Source: Promethearchaeota archaeon (GTDB lineage: Archaea; Asgardarchaeota; Lokiarchaeia; Sigyniarchaeales; SOKP01). Taken from it: 64,000 nt of DNA. Below the pieces are notes generated by a model that saw only the letters and a program-made list of their open reading frames with translations, did not search any database and was not told where the DNA came from. The stretch's first letter is position 1, and the number at the start of each line of letters is the position of its first letter. The position numbers were made by a program, and so were the translations under genes. The stretch is from contig JAEOTZ010000026.1 of assembly GCA_016839585.1 (NCBI GenBank), positions 1 to 64,000 of the forward strand, read 5' to 3'. Shown here piece after piece: positions 48,752-58,150 of the stretch.

Positions 48752-50017
48752 ATGTCTGAGGAAAGCTTAAGAGAAATTATAGGTTTAGTTGAAACATCAA
48801 AATGGAATCAAGTGAAGAAATTCATTAAGTTTGTGGTTCAAAAAACACTGAAAAAAAATACGGAATATCGATTAACTGCTCTTGATGTCTCAATTACTGG
48901 GAAAAAGCAGCCTAAATATAATTTAATAATTAAAAATAGAGAAAATATTAAAAATATTGACAAAATTGATGATTTCAATCATCTCTCTTTGTATCAATCC
49001 ACCCACACTTCTAATAACCTTATTGACATTTCTCAAAATAATGGTACTATTGTTATTTTAGCTAAATATATGGGACCAAGCTTAAATGATCACCAAATTT
49101 TCGATTTTTCTGTTCATATGGATGTTTTAGAGGATCCTTTCTTTACAAATGGTACAGGAAAAAAACTAAGTTGTTCAGAGTTTTTAAGAACTATCAATCA
49201 TAAAAAACAAACAGAAATTATATCTCAACAGAAGAAAAAAAAGAATGACCTAAAGCAATTGAAAGAAGAAAAAATATCTCAAGATGTAGAGGTGTTTGTA
49301 TTTGAAAAACTTACTAATAGAAATGCTTTTTGGAATGAAACTGAAACTAAAGCTTTTAAAAATTGGAAAGCTAAAAGTGTAAATAAATATCGAATAGAAA
49401 CTGGAAAAATTACTTATTATAAGGGAAAACCTACAAATCAATTTTCCCTATATTTAAAGAGTCTTTTAGAAAATAAAATTTATAAAAAGAAAAAAACACC
49501 TATTAAACCAAAATTTAAAAAGAGTATTCCTAAAAAAGATGATCAAGAATTTTCTGAAGCAATTGTATTTAAAACTTTAACTGGTAAGAATGCTGAATGG
49601 AATGGAAGTGAAACAAAAAATTTTCAAGAATGGAAAGTAAAAGTTGCCAATAAGTATCGTAAAGAAACTGGAAAAATTGCTTATTATAAAGGAAAACCTA
49701 CAAATAATTTTGCTCAATACTTGAGAAATCTTCCTAAAACTAAAACCAATAAAAATAATAACCTTGTTAAAAAGAAGACTTCTAAAGCTAAACCTAAAAA
49801 AGAAGAAAGAGTCATTTCTGAATCTTTTGTGTTTGAAGCATTAACTGGTAAGAATGCTGTATGGAATGGGACTGAAACAAAAAATTTTCAAGAATGGAAA
49901 CGAAAAATAGCTAAAAAATACCAAAAAGAAACGGGAAAGAATACTTATTATGGTGGTAACTTAACTCAAAATTTTAAAAACTTCTTAAAAAACCTTGTAA
50001 ATGAAAAATCCAAATAG
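48752..50017 (+). CDS. Basic hypothetical protein with three ~55-aa tandem repeat domains
   Basis: Three units of FVFE.LTG.NA.WNG.ETK.F..WK.K....Y..ETGK..YY.G..T..F..YL separated by Lys-rich linkers. Confidence 0.85.
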   Translation: MSEESLREIIGLVETSKWNQVKKFIKFVVQKTLKKNTEYRLTALDVSITGKKQPKYNLIIKNRENIKNIDKIDDFNHLSLYQSTHTSNNLIDISQNNGTIVILAKYMGPSLNDHQIFDFSVHMDVLEDPFFTNGTGKKLSCSEFLRTINHKKQTEIISQQKKKKNDLKQLKEEKISQDVEVFVFEKLTNRNAFWNETETKAFKNWKAKSVNKYRIETGKITYYKGKPTNQFSLYLKSLLENKIYKKKKTPIKPKFKKSIPKKDDQEFSEAIVFKTLTGKNAEWNGSETKNFQEWKVKVANKYRKETGKIAYYKGKPTNNFAQYLRNLPKTKTNKNNNLVKKKTSKAKPKKEERVISESFVFEALTGKNAVWNGTETKNFQEWKRKIAKKYQKETGKNTYYGGNLTQNFKNFLKNLVNEKSK

Positions 50018-50045
50018 GTTTATACTTCTATTTCTTATAGAAAGG

Positions 50046-51128
50046 TTAAAGTTTTATTATCGTCCCACACTGGGGACAAATATTTACTTTCTCTGTTAAT
50101 TTCATCCCACAAAATCTACAGGTATAAGAAAATTCTTTAGGTACCTCTTCTTTTTCCTCTCTTATATGGGAAACCTCTGATACTGGCTTCTTTTCCTCTT
50201 TTTTTGAAATTGGTGGAGTGCGTTGCATTTCTTCAGTTTTTATTTGAGGAACTTCTGTTATCACCTTCTCTACTTTTGAAATTGGCGTAGTCGGTTGTAC
50301 TTCTTCAGCTTTTATCTGGGGAACTTCTGTTATTGGCTTCTCTTCCTCTTTTTCTGAAATTGGTGGAGTTGGTTGTATTTCTTCAAGTTTTACGCCACAT
50401 TTGTTACAAAATTTTGAGTTTAAGGGTATTTGCTGTCCACAGTAAGGACAAGTTTTTATTGGTTTCTCTTCTATTTTCTCTGGGATTGATGGAATCGGTT
50501 CTAGGTCTTCTGCTTTTTTTTGATAAACATCAGCTACAAAATAATGAAGTTCTTCATGATGTAAAGTTGAATCTATTTTTCCACTGGTTATCAAATTATT
50601 TAAAATCATTCGAAGATTTTCTCTGATATATTTTCTTTCATTATATGTTTTTACAGAATTTTCTAATCTCACCCCCAAAGCAGAAACTGTGAGCGTAGAT
50701 CCTTTATTTTCTTTTAAATAATTATATACTGCACTTTCGAGATTTCTCGTATCTATCGAGATTTTAGATGTTTGTTCTCTTCTTATAGGTGGTTTTGCAC
50801 TTGCAGCAGCAATAAAGGTTACTATAGCACTCAAGCCCCAAAGTAATGTTTCTGGATTATAAAATCCCTCATAAAAATTTAAAAAAAAGAGAAGTGATAG
50901 AATAAGAATCACACCATTTATAATATATAACATCCGTGCATTCCAATGCCAATCTCTCCCAGTATCAAAAATGTTTTTGCTAGTATATGCATAATCTGTA
51001 GAATCCCAATAAATTGCTATAAATTGTATAATAATACAGACTATACTTAATATAATTACGGTGTTGTTAATTAAGATGTAAAAATAATGTAAAAAAAGTG
51101 ATATAAATAGTAGAAGAATACCCCACAA
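50046..51128 (-). CDS. Membrane protein with two zinc-ribbon domains
   Basis: 4 N-terminal TMs, winged-helix-like middle, CPYCG..CNKCG and CRFCG..CPQCG ribbons, Pro/Glu-rich repeated linker. Confidence 0.82.
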   Translation of the reverse strand: MWGILLLFISLFLHYFYILINNTVIILSIVCIIIQFIAIYWDSTDYAYTSKNIFDTGRDWHWNARMLYIINGVILILSLLFFLNFYEGFYNPETLLWGLSAIVTFIAAASAKPPIRREQTSKISIDTRNLESAVYNYLKENKGSTLTVSALGVRLENSVKTYNERKYIRENLRMILNNLITSGKIDSTLHHEELHYFVADVYQKKAEDLEPIPSIPEKIEEKPIKTCPYCGQQIPLNSKFCNKCGVKLEEIQPTPPISEKEEEKPITEVPQIKAEEVQPTTPISKVEKVITEVPQIKTEEMQRTPPISKKEEKKPVSEVSHIREEKEEVPKEFSYTCRFCGMKLTEKVNICPQCGTIIKL

Positions 51129-51341
51129 AGCAAACTTAATTGATTCCTTAATTAAAAGTCAACTTCAATTATATTGAATATAATCTATTTATATAATTAC
51201 ATTTTATGTATCGAACACTTTAGTATTTAAATTTTTTTTTAGGAGTAGGAATTTTGTTATTTTGTCATAGTGAAAAATATGTAAAAAAAATAGATTTTAA
51301 ATTTTTAATTTTTCAAATCAATAGATTTTCATTGATTAGTT

Positions 51342-51806
51342 TCATTTATTTGATTTTTCATTGAATTCTATTAGATTTTCTAATATCCTTTCTAAATAAT
51401 TCTCGAAATCATCTATTTCTTCGTCGTTAAATTTATTGTAGAATAATTTTCCCATTTCACGAGAAACATCTATATATTTATCTTCTAATAATCTATTTTT
51501 TTCTGTTAAAGTAATTAGAATTTCTCGCCTATCTTCTTTCGATGGAACCCGTTTAATAAATCCTGCCTTTTCAAGATTATCTAACATAGAAGTTAAGGTA
51601 GATTTACTATATTGGGTCTTTTCTACGAGTTCATGAATAGGAATAGTATCCTTTTGCCAAAGTACAAACATAACCCTTCCCTGCGCAGGATTAAACTCCT
51701 CGAGTCTATGATCCTTTAGAATCCTAGCAAATATTCTCTGAGATAATTGATGAATTTTAGATATCAGAAAGCCGCCCTGTCTTTGTTGTTTCATTGTTTC
51801 CTTCAT
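51342..51806 (-). CDS. MarR family transcriptional regulator
   Basis: QGRVMFVLW, 'KSTLTSMLDNLEKAGFIKR..S.EDRR...I.LT'. Confidence 0.92.
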   Translation of the reverse strand: MKETMKQQRQGGFLISKIHQLSQRIFARILKDHRLEEFNPAQGRVMFVLWQKDTIPIHELVEKTQYSKSTLTSMLDNLEKAGFIKRVPSKEDRREILITLTEKNRLLEDKYIDVSREMGKLFYNKFNDEEIDDFENYLERILENLIEFNEKSNK

Positions 51807-52273
51807 AATTCAAAATTAACTAGATTTAATTTAAAATAAAATCTGGCATATTTAGGATTTAATACGAGTAATGTGTAATCTGGATCTTTTGGTCCTTTTA
51901 CATAATATCTGGTCCACCAATCAAGCCATATTATATTTTTAAAATCTTGATCTTCAACGATTTCCACTGATCCTCCAAACATAACTCCTTTAAAATCATC
52001 TGGATCACAATAATAAACACTAATTTTCGGATTATTTTTTATGTGGGCAACTTTGGAGGATGATGTATTAGTTCCAATATATATTGCGAATTTATTTTCT
52101 TGCTTTTGAAAAAATTCAAAAAATTCTGGGAATTGTTCCTTATTTCTAAGGTTAAACATTGCCCTCGTTATAGGAAAACCATCAGGATCAATTGTTGTAA
52201 GATATGCCGCTTTAGACGTTTCTATTAATTCTAAACTTTGCTTTTTTACTTCTTCTAATTCCATTTGTATCAT
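51803..52273 (-). CDS. Pyridoxamine 5'-phosphate oxidase-like FMN-binding protein (general stress protein 26-like)
   Basis: 'LTTID.DGFP.TR.M', 'TNTSSSKV..IKNNP', 'GPKDPDY'. Confidence 0.85.
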   Translation of the reverse strand: MIQMELEEVKKQSLELIETSKAAYLTTIDPDGFPITRAMFNLRNKEQFPEFFEFFQKQENKFAIYIGTNTSSSKVAHIKNNPKISVYYCDPDDFKGVMFGGSVEIVEDQDFKNIIWLDWWTRYYVKGPKDPDYTLLVLNPKYARFYFKLNLVNFEL

Positions 52274-52291
52274 CTCTCAATTAAATAGTTC

Positions 52292-52630
52292 TTATAGATT
52301 TTTCCTAATTTCCTCTAGATTTTGCTTAGCTGAAGGACTTCTTTCAAAGCATTTTGCTAAATTATCACAGATGTACTCCTCGCAATAAGCACAATTTTCA
52401 TATTGTTTCTCCCGACAGCAATTTCTTATATCGCAATCCTTACACCAACTAAAAATTCTTCCTTCCATATTACAATCATCACAGTAGATATCCTCCGGTT
52501 TAAAAGACATCGTCTCACCAGACCATTCTTTAGCAATTCTTTTTATTTCTTCTTCATCTCCTTTTTGAGTAGCTATATAAGCAGGACATTTGGCACAATC
52601 AAGACCACAATATACGATTATTTTATCCAT
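52292..52630 (-). CDS. DUF3795 Cys-rich protein
   Basis: YCGLDCAKCPAY...C.DC...C..C.IR.CC....NCAYC..Y.C. Confidence 0.85.
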   Translation of the reverse strand: MDKIIVYCGLDCAKCPAYIATQKGDEEEIKRIAKEWSGETMSFKPEDIYCDDCNMEGRIFSWCKDCDIRNCCREKQYENCAYCEEYICDNLAKCFERSPSAKQNLEEIRKNL

Positions 52631-52666
52631 AGTTCTATCCTCTCTTTTATTTTTTTTTTCTATTTT

Positions 52667-53236
52667 TTATTCTTTTGTTTTATAACTATTTCCTATATCA
52701 TAAGCTTTTGCGAGATATTCTCCAACTCTTAAATATGGACCATCAGGCATTAAAAATATGAATAAATTCATTTTATTAAAATCTGGTTTATTTTCTGTTA
52801 GGTATTTTTCTTCTGTGTATACTTCAATAATTTCACCTACAAATAATTCTGTTCTTTCAAATTCTATTACTCTAACCAATTTACACTCTATATTTAAAGG
52901 GCAATCTTTTATCATCGGTGCATTTTCAAGATCTCCATAAAAAATCTCAAATACTTCTGATTTATCAACTTTAGAACCCGAATGTAAACCAACATAGTCA
53001 GTTACCGTAACCATTTCAGCAGAAGGTATATTAATGCTAAAAACCTTATTTTCCTTAATACCCTTATTAGTGTAATGCCTTTTGGACATTGCAACTCCTA
53101 TCTGAGAAGGTGGAGAATTCAATAGGTTAAACCAAACTATAGTGTTAAAATTTGGTTTACCATCAACATGAGCCCCTATTATACATACCGGCAATGGTAA
53201 AATGGGCAATTCCATTCCTGTTTTTATCTTATCGAT
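52667..53236 (-). CDS. Flavin reductase / flavoredoxin family protein
   Basis: 'P.PV.IIGA..DGKPNF', 'HYTNKGI', 'FSINIP', 'APMI.DCP...ECK', 'LFVGEI'. Probable start ATC 53236 (ATG 53215 is the alternative). Confidence 0.88.
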   Translation of the reverse strand: MDKIKTGMELPILPLPVCIIGAHVDGKPNFNTIVWFNLLNSPPSQIGVAMSKRHYTNKGIKENKVFSINIPSAEMVTVTDYVGLHSGSKVDKSEVFEIFYGDLENAPMIKDCPLNIECKLVRVIEFERTELFVGEIIEVYTEEKYLTENKPDFNKMNLFIFLMPDGPYLRVGEYLAKAYDIGNSYKTKE

Positions 53237-53246
53237 TTTTCACACC

Positions 53247-53393
53247 TTAATCTATTATTAATATTGAATCTTGTTTTTTAAACAGTTCAGAAACCCTTTT
53301 TCTCTTTATTTCATCATCATCATCTTTCTGAGTTCTTCCATCATTGAGAAACTCAAAATAAACATTTTCGCAAGAATATTTGGTCTTATCCAT
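53247..53393 (-). CDS. Small 48-aa ORF heading the flavin reductase-MarR operon
   Basis: ATG 53393, MDKTKYSCENVYFEFLNDGRTQKDDDDEIKRKRVSELFKKQDSILIID*; its TAA abuts the next gene's AGGTG RBS; it lies between the promoter/operator and the first large gene. Confidence 0.5.
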   Translation of the reverse strand: MDKTKYSCENVYFEFLNDGRTQKDDDDEIKRKRVSELFKKQDSILIID

Positions 53394-53417
53394 TTTTTTT
53401 TGATCTATTTTAATATT

Positions 53418-53446
53418 GTTCCATATCGAACTGTTCTATATAGAAC
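53418..53446. promoter_or_regulatory. Tandem GTTC-N6-GAAC palindromes, probable MarR operator
   Basis: GTTCCATATCGAAC (53418-53431) and GTTCTATATAGAAC (53433-53446, perfect), about 15-45 bp downstream of a minus-strand TTTAAATA box (53462-53469). Confidence 0.7.
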
Positions 53447-53514
53447 TATATGATATTTTCATATTTAAATATATTGATCTAAAAGGGAAAAACTCTTCCA
53501 ATCTACTTTACTTT

Positions 53515-55035
53515 TTATTTGGTAAAATTTTCCCCATCCTTCAAAAGATTAGTTTTTTCAAAATTTTCCGCGAACCATCGGGGATTATCAGTATGTACCG
53601 GAATTATAACATCAGGATCAATTGTCTCAATTGCCCATCTAATATCTTTTTGTGACGCGTGTCCAGAAGCATGAAACCCTTTACTGAATACAGGTTTTAA
53701 TCGTTCCCCTTCCTCAACGATTTTGAATCCATAGATTTTAAAACCAAAATATTCAAGCCATTTACTTAATCTTATAAAATCAAATTCAGATTCTTCCTCA
53801 AACGCTTCACTTGAAGAATAGATATAAGTACCATTTGTTGGTTTTATGTCTAATAAATTTTTTAAATCAAAAAGAGAGAAACATAATATATATCTATTAG
53901 GTTCTTTCGCAATATCTATTGGGTTTAAATAATTAACGTCCTCTTTATTTTTAAGGTAATTTTCTTCCCAATTCGGAGACTTTACTTTTAAACTATTATA
54001 TATTACAACATTTTTTAACCTATTTATCCCATCAACCATCTCAAGAGCTTTTAACAAATAAGCATTCTTAGGGGTTATTAATAACGTCCTTTCAACTTTA
54101 TTTGCAATCTCTCGAAAAGTTTCTAATCTTTCAAAATTCCTAGCTGAAAAATCTGCTACTATAAGATCTTTTGAATTTTTAACTACATCTAAGCAATTAT
54201 TAAAAACTATATCCTCTGATTCATTAATATCTTCTCTCGTTGCTCTTGTTCCTTCAATAATTAAAATTGAAGCATCTTTTGCGCTTTTAATAAAACTTTT
54301 GCTTTTATCACCCAATTTACCATGAAGGCGAAAATCACCTGTGTAAGCAACAGTATTATCCCCACTGACAATAAACCCTATTGCCCCATAAATAGAATGA
54401 TCCACCTCAAAAGCTTTAATTTCGAATGATGTTGAGAATTCATCCAAACTATATAACTTTTCTCTTTCAAATTCTTTATATCTTTTAACACACGTAGATA
54501 AGAACTTTTCCATTGAATCCAAATAACTGAAGGCACTATAAAATGTTCTACATTTTCCCACTTTGCTTCCAGATCTTAATACTCTATTATCATCAGCAGG
54601 GTTTTTTTCAAAAAAATAAGCTACTTCATTGCTAAGACTAGCTTTTGAGCTATCCAATATACCTTTAAGTAATACTATCGTTTTAGGTGATGCAATAATG
54701 GGGATATTAGGATCAAGCAAAGAAATATTACCAAAATGATCCATATGTGCATGGCTAAGTAAAATCGCGTCAACTTTTAGTGAAGGATATAATGATATAT
54801 TAAGATCAGAAGGAATAAGATCTTGTCGGTAAATATTTAGCTTAGGAATTAGATTCAGGTGAATAAGATCATGAATGCCACGTGTAGGACGTTCTTTAAG
54901 AAATTCTTGAAAATATTGGCCGTATTTCTTAAAATTCATACCAAAATCAAGAAATAGACCATTATCTCTTTCCTGTAAATAAATCTTTGTACCTCCAATT
55001 GTTTCTGCCCCATCAAATACAGTTATCGATGTCAT
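53515..55035 (-). CDS. RNase J-like beta-CASP metallo-beta-lactamase ribonuclease
   Basis: 'IGG.KI', DFG, SHAHMDH, VDHS, YTGDFR.HG, EGT, HASGHA, IPVHT. Confidence 0.87.
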   Translation of the reverse strand: MTSITVFDGAETIGGTKIYLQERDNGLFLDFGMNFKKYGQYFQEFLKERPTRGIHDLIHLNLIPKLNIYRQDLIPSDLNISLYPSLKVDAILLSHAHMDHFGNISLLDPNIPIIASPKTIVLLKGILDSSKASLSNEVAYFFEKNPADDNRVLRSGSKVGKCRTFYSAFSYLDSMEKFLSTCVKRYKEFEREKLYSLDEFSTSFEIKAFEVDHSIYGAIGFIVSGDNTVAYTGDFRLHGKLGDKSKSFIKSAKDASILIIEGTRATREDINESEDIVFNNCLDVVKNSKDLIVADFSARNFERLETFREIANKVERTLLITPKNAYLLKALEMVDGINRLKNVVIYNSLKVKSPNWEENYLKNKEDVNYLNPIDIAKEPNRYILCFSLFDLKNLLDIKPTNGTYIYSSSEAFEEESEFDFIRLSKWLEYFGFKIYGFKIVEEGERLKPVFSKGFHASGHASQKDIRWAIETIDPDVIIPVHTDNPRWFAENFEKTNLLKDGENFTK

Positions 55036-55136
55036 TTTTGTAAAAACTTATTATCCTTAATTAAAAAATAAGACTAAAGACATAAAAATTAAACCCTAAA
55101 ATATTAATAATTTACAAATCTTATGGATGAGTAATT

Positions 55137-55940
55137 TTACTCTAAACCTTTAATTTCTTTTGGAGCACGTGGTGGAGAACGAACAAATTTAACAGCAGGA
55201 TACCCTATAATGAACGCCCCGATTCCTTTTCCATCAATATTAGCTAACTTTTTAATTTCAGGGTTAGAATTCATTGCAATTTGAGACCAACCATTCCAAC
55301 ATGTACCTAAGCCAAGTGCTTGAGCAGCTAATCTTCCATAGGTAATAATAATTCCTATATTATTTGCCTCTACTTCATGATGTTCGGGGGAATCTATGAA
55401 AATTACATGCGGAGCATCAAAAAATATAGGACTACGGAAAATTTTTCCAAGAATTCGAAAAACTCGTGTGTATCTTCCCTTTGTTAAAGGATGATTTATT
55501 AATTCCTCTTGAATAGCATCAGAAAGTTTTTTTATTTGCTCAGTATTTGATATAATCGAAAAGTTCTCTGTTCTTCTATTATCTCCAGTAGGCGCATTCT
55601 CCATTGCTTGAAAAACCTTCCTCAGTATTTCAGGTGGTACCTTTTTCTTTTTATAAAGTCGAACTGACCTATTCGCTCTAAGAAATTTGTAAATAGTATC
55701 GTATGAGGCAATTGTTTCAGGTTTAGCAATACCCTCATATTCAAATGCTTCCCCTATACCCTCATGCTGAATAGCATCCTCAGGACACCGAGCAATGCAA
55801 TGAGCACACAAATTACATAAGTTATAAGGATCACTAAAGAGAACTTTTTCCTGCTCTTTATCCCATCTAAACATAAAACATGTAGTTAAGCAGATTCTAC
55901 AATTGCTACATTTCTCATAATCTATTCCTAGTATAGACAT
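55137..55940 (-). CDS. Nitroreductase with N-terminal ferredoxin domain
   Basis: CSNCRICLTTC, CNLCAHCIARCP, RSVRLY, APT..N, LGLGTCW.G, GYP. Confidence 0.9.
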   Translation of the reverse strand: MSILGIDYEKCSNCRICLTTCFMFRWDKEQEKVLFSDPYNLCNLCAHCIARCPEDAIQHEGIGEAFEYEGIAKPETIASYDTIYKFLRANRSVRLYKKKKVPPEILRKVFQAMENAPTGDNRRTENFSIISNTEQIKKLSDAIQEELINHPLTKGRYTRVFRILGKIFRSPIFFDAPHVIFIDSPEHHEVEANNIGIIITYGRLAAQALGLGTCWNGWSQIAMNSNPEIKKLANIDGKGIGAFIIGYPAVKFVRSPPRAPKEIKGLE

Positions 55941-56102
55941 AGTTATTGAATTTTAGTTTTAATGATCAAAAATTAACCTTTAAATTTATAATTTGAGGAT
56001 AAGAAAGCCCTATTGGAACCTTATTAATTTTTACATTAAGTTTTAATAAGATTAATAAATTAACATTACTAATAAAACACAAAATAGAGGAAAGGTGTTT
56101 CC

Positions 56103-57374
56103 ATGGAAAAAGAACAAGTATTTTTGAAAATATTTGGGAGAAACCTCATAAGCTTTAAAATGCTCGACGATGGCGAGATTATTGGTACAGGTATTTTAAA
56201 TCCTCTCATTAAAAAACTACGTCTACTTGTAATGCTTATTTTACAAGCAGGATTTTACAAAAATTATAATCTTGGAAGATGGAAGGGGAAAATAGTTCCA
56301 AATACCTTTGCGCCTCCTATTGGAAGTCGTCCACAATTGCGTGCATTTAGAGGGTTAATAAAGTCTCATTTATTACCATGGCGCGTTCCCATTGCAATGA
56401 CTTTCGCAGTAACTTATAGATGCCAGTGTAATTGCGTTCATTGTAGCGCAGGGAAGCATTTACGAAAGGATGTACCAGAACTCACTACAAAAGAGGCAAA
56501 AAAACTCATTGATGATAGTCAAAAACTTGGTGTGACAATTTTGGCCTTCACTGGAGGAGAACCTTTGCTAAGGGAGGACATTTTCGAACTTATTTCACAT
56601 GTAGATAAGCGAAAGACTATGCCAATTATGTTTACAAATGGACAGTTTCTCACAGATGAAAATGTGGATAAATTGGTCAATGCCGGTCTTTATTCAATCT
56701 TTGTAAGTATTGATAGTCCAATTCCGGAAGAACATGACAGTGTGAGGGGCATGCCAGGGCTTTATGAGGCTGCTATAAAGGGACTCAAGAAATTGAAGGA
56801 AAAAGGAGTATTTGTTGGTCTCTCTTCTTATGCCATTCGTTCTAATACAGAACAGGGAATGTATAAGAAACTGCATAAACTTGGTCAGAAACTCGGTGTT
56901 CATAATATAATTCTCTTTGACGGTGTCCCTACAGGAAATATGTTGCATAATATAGACGAGTTGCTGACTTGGAAGCTGCGTGATGAAATTTATGAATTTT
57001 CCGCTAATATATTCAAAAATAAGATAGTCCCTCCTCTGTCTTCTCAGTCATGGCAAAACTCTATAGAAGCAAATCTTGCAGGTATTGGGTGTATAGCAGC
57101 AAATATCCAATATTACGTTTCTGCTTATGGGGAAGTTGCACCTTGTGATTTTACACCCATTTCTTTTGGAAACATCCGTAAAGAGCCCCTAAAAAAGATC
57201 TGGATAAGGATGGCGAGACATCCTGCCTATAATCATCGAAGCACGTTCTGTAGGATGCAGCATCATAAATTCCGTCATTTTTATATAGATCCAATCCCAG
57301 ATGATGCAAGACTTCCTTATTCGATTGCGAAACTTCCGAGGGTAGATTATCGGACTGCGGAAATTTCTAAGTAA
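56103..57374 (+). CDS. Radical SAM protein with SPASM/twitch domain
   Basis: CQCNCVHC, TGGEPLLR, FTNG, GC.A...Y....G.V.PC..FGNI...C. Confidence 0.92.
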   Translation: MEKEQVFLKIFGRNLISFKMLDDGEIIGTGILNPLIKKLRLLVMLILQAGFYKNYNLGRWKGKIVPNTFAPPIGSRPQLRAFRGLIKSHLLPWRVPIAMTFAVTYRCQCNCVHCSAGKHLRKDVPELTTKEAKKLIDDSQKLGVTILAFTGGEPLLREDIFELISHVDKRKTMPIMFTNGQFLTDENVDKLVNAGLYSIFVSIDSPIPEEHDSVRGMPGLYEAAIKGLKKLKEKGVFVGLSSYAIRSNTEQGMYKKLHKLGQKLGVHNIILFDGVPTGNMLHNIDELLTWKLRDEIYEFSANIFKNKIVPPLSSQSWQNSIEANLAGIGCIAANIQYYVSAYGEVAPCDFTPISFGNIRKEPLKKIWIRMARHPAYNHRSTFCRMQHHKFRHFYIDPIPDDARLPYSIAKLPRVDYRTAEISK

Positions 57375-57426
57375 AACTTTTAAAACCTATAAGAATTTTC
57401 AAAATAATTTCTGTAATATTTCAACT

Positions 57427-58065
57427 TTACTGATGACCTTCTAATACCCATTTGACAGCTCTTTTTATTATTGTTTGCAATTTTTCTTCTTTTAATGATT
57501 TTGGTTTATGTCCTAACGCACAGAAGAAAATTCTTCCTTTTCCATAAGTTTTTGTCCATACTATAGGTTCAGGTTTAGGATGAGTCTCATCATGATAATC
57601 AGCTTCTGCTAAAATATGAACATCTTTACCCGTTGATAAATCATGCCGATATAACTCATCTTTAAATATAAAATCTTCTAAACCTTGAGTTATTGGATGA
57701 TTTTTATCAACTATTTTAATATCAAAATCTCTAACTTTTTTATAACCAATAAATCGTCCCCCAAGCATTTCATAATATTTCGGAAGAGATTTAAAAGAAG
57801 CAGATGCTCCATGGATTCCTACGAATCCTTTTCCACTCGCAACAAAATCTAGCAAATTTTTCTCTTGTTCTTCAGTAAATTCATCAAACGGAGTAAAAAA
57901 TATAGTTGTATCATACTCAAAAAAGTCTCTATCACTAAAAATTTTGGCATCTTCATATTTATCAACAATATAATCGCATAAGATATTTTTAAAAGAAGCA
58001 TAAATCTTATCTCTAAATAAATATCTACTTCTTTGGAAAAGCAAAATTCTCTTTATGATTTTCAT
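57427..58065 (-). CDS. ThuA-like domain protein
   Basis: 'FVASGKGFVGIHGA', 'HPITQGL..F...DELY', 'YGKGRIF..ALGH'. Confidence 0.85.
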   Translation of the reverse strand: MKIIKRILLFQRSRYLFRDKIYASFKNILCDYIVDKYEDAKIFSDRDFFEYDTTIFFTPFDEFTEEQEKNLLDFVASGKGFVGIHGASASFKSLPKYYEMLGGRFIGYKKVRDFDIKIVDKNHPITQGLEDFIFKDELYRHDLSTGKDVHILAEADYHDETHPKPEPIVWTKTYGKGRIFFCALGHKPKSLKEEKLQTIIKRAVKWVLEGHQ

Positions 58066-58150
58066 AGATCATCATAAGAAAAAATGAAAAGTTCTTTATT
58101 AAGGGTTCTCTCTTCTTAATGGAAAATTAGCAACTTTAAATTTGATAAAT

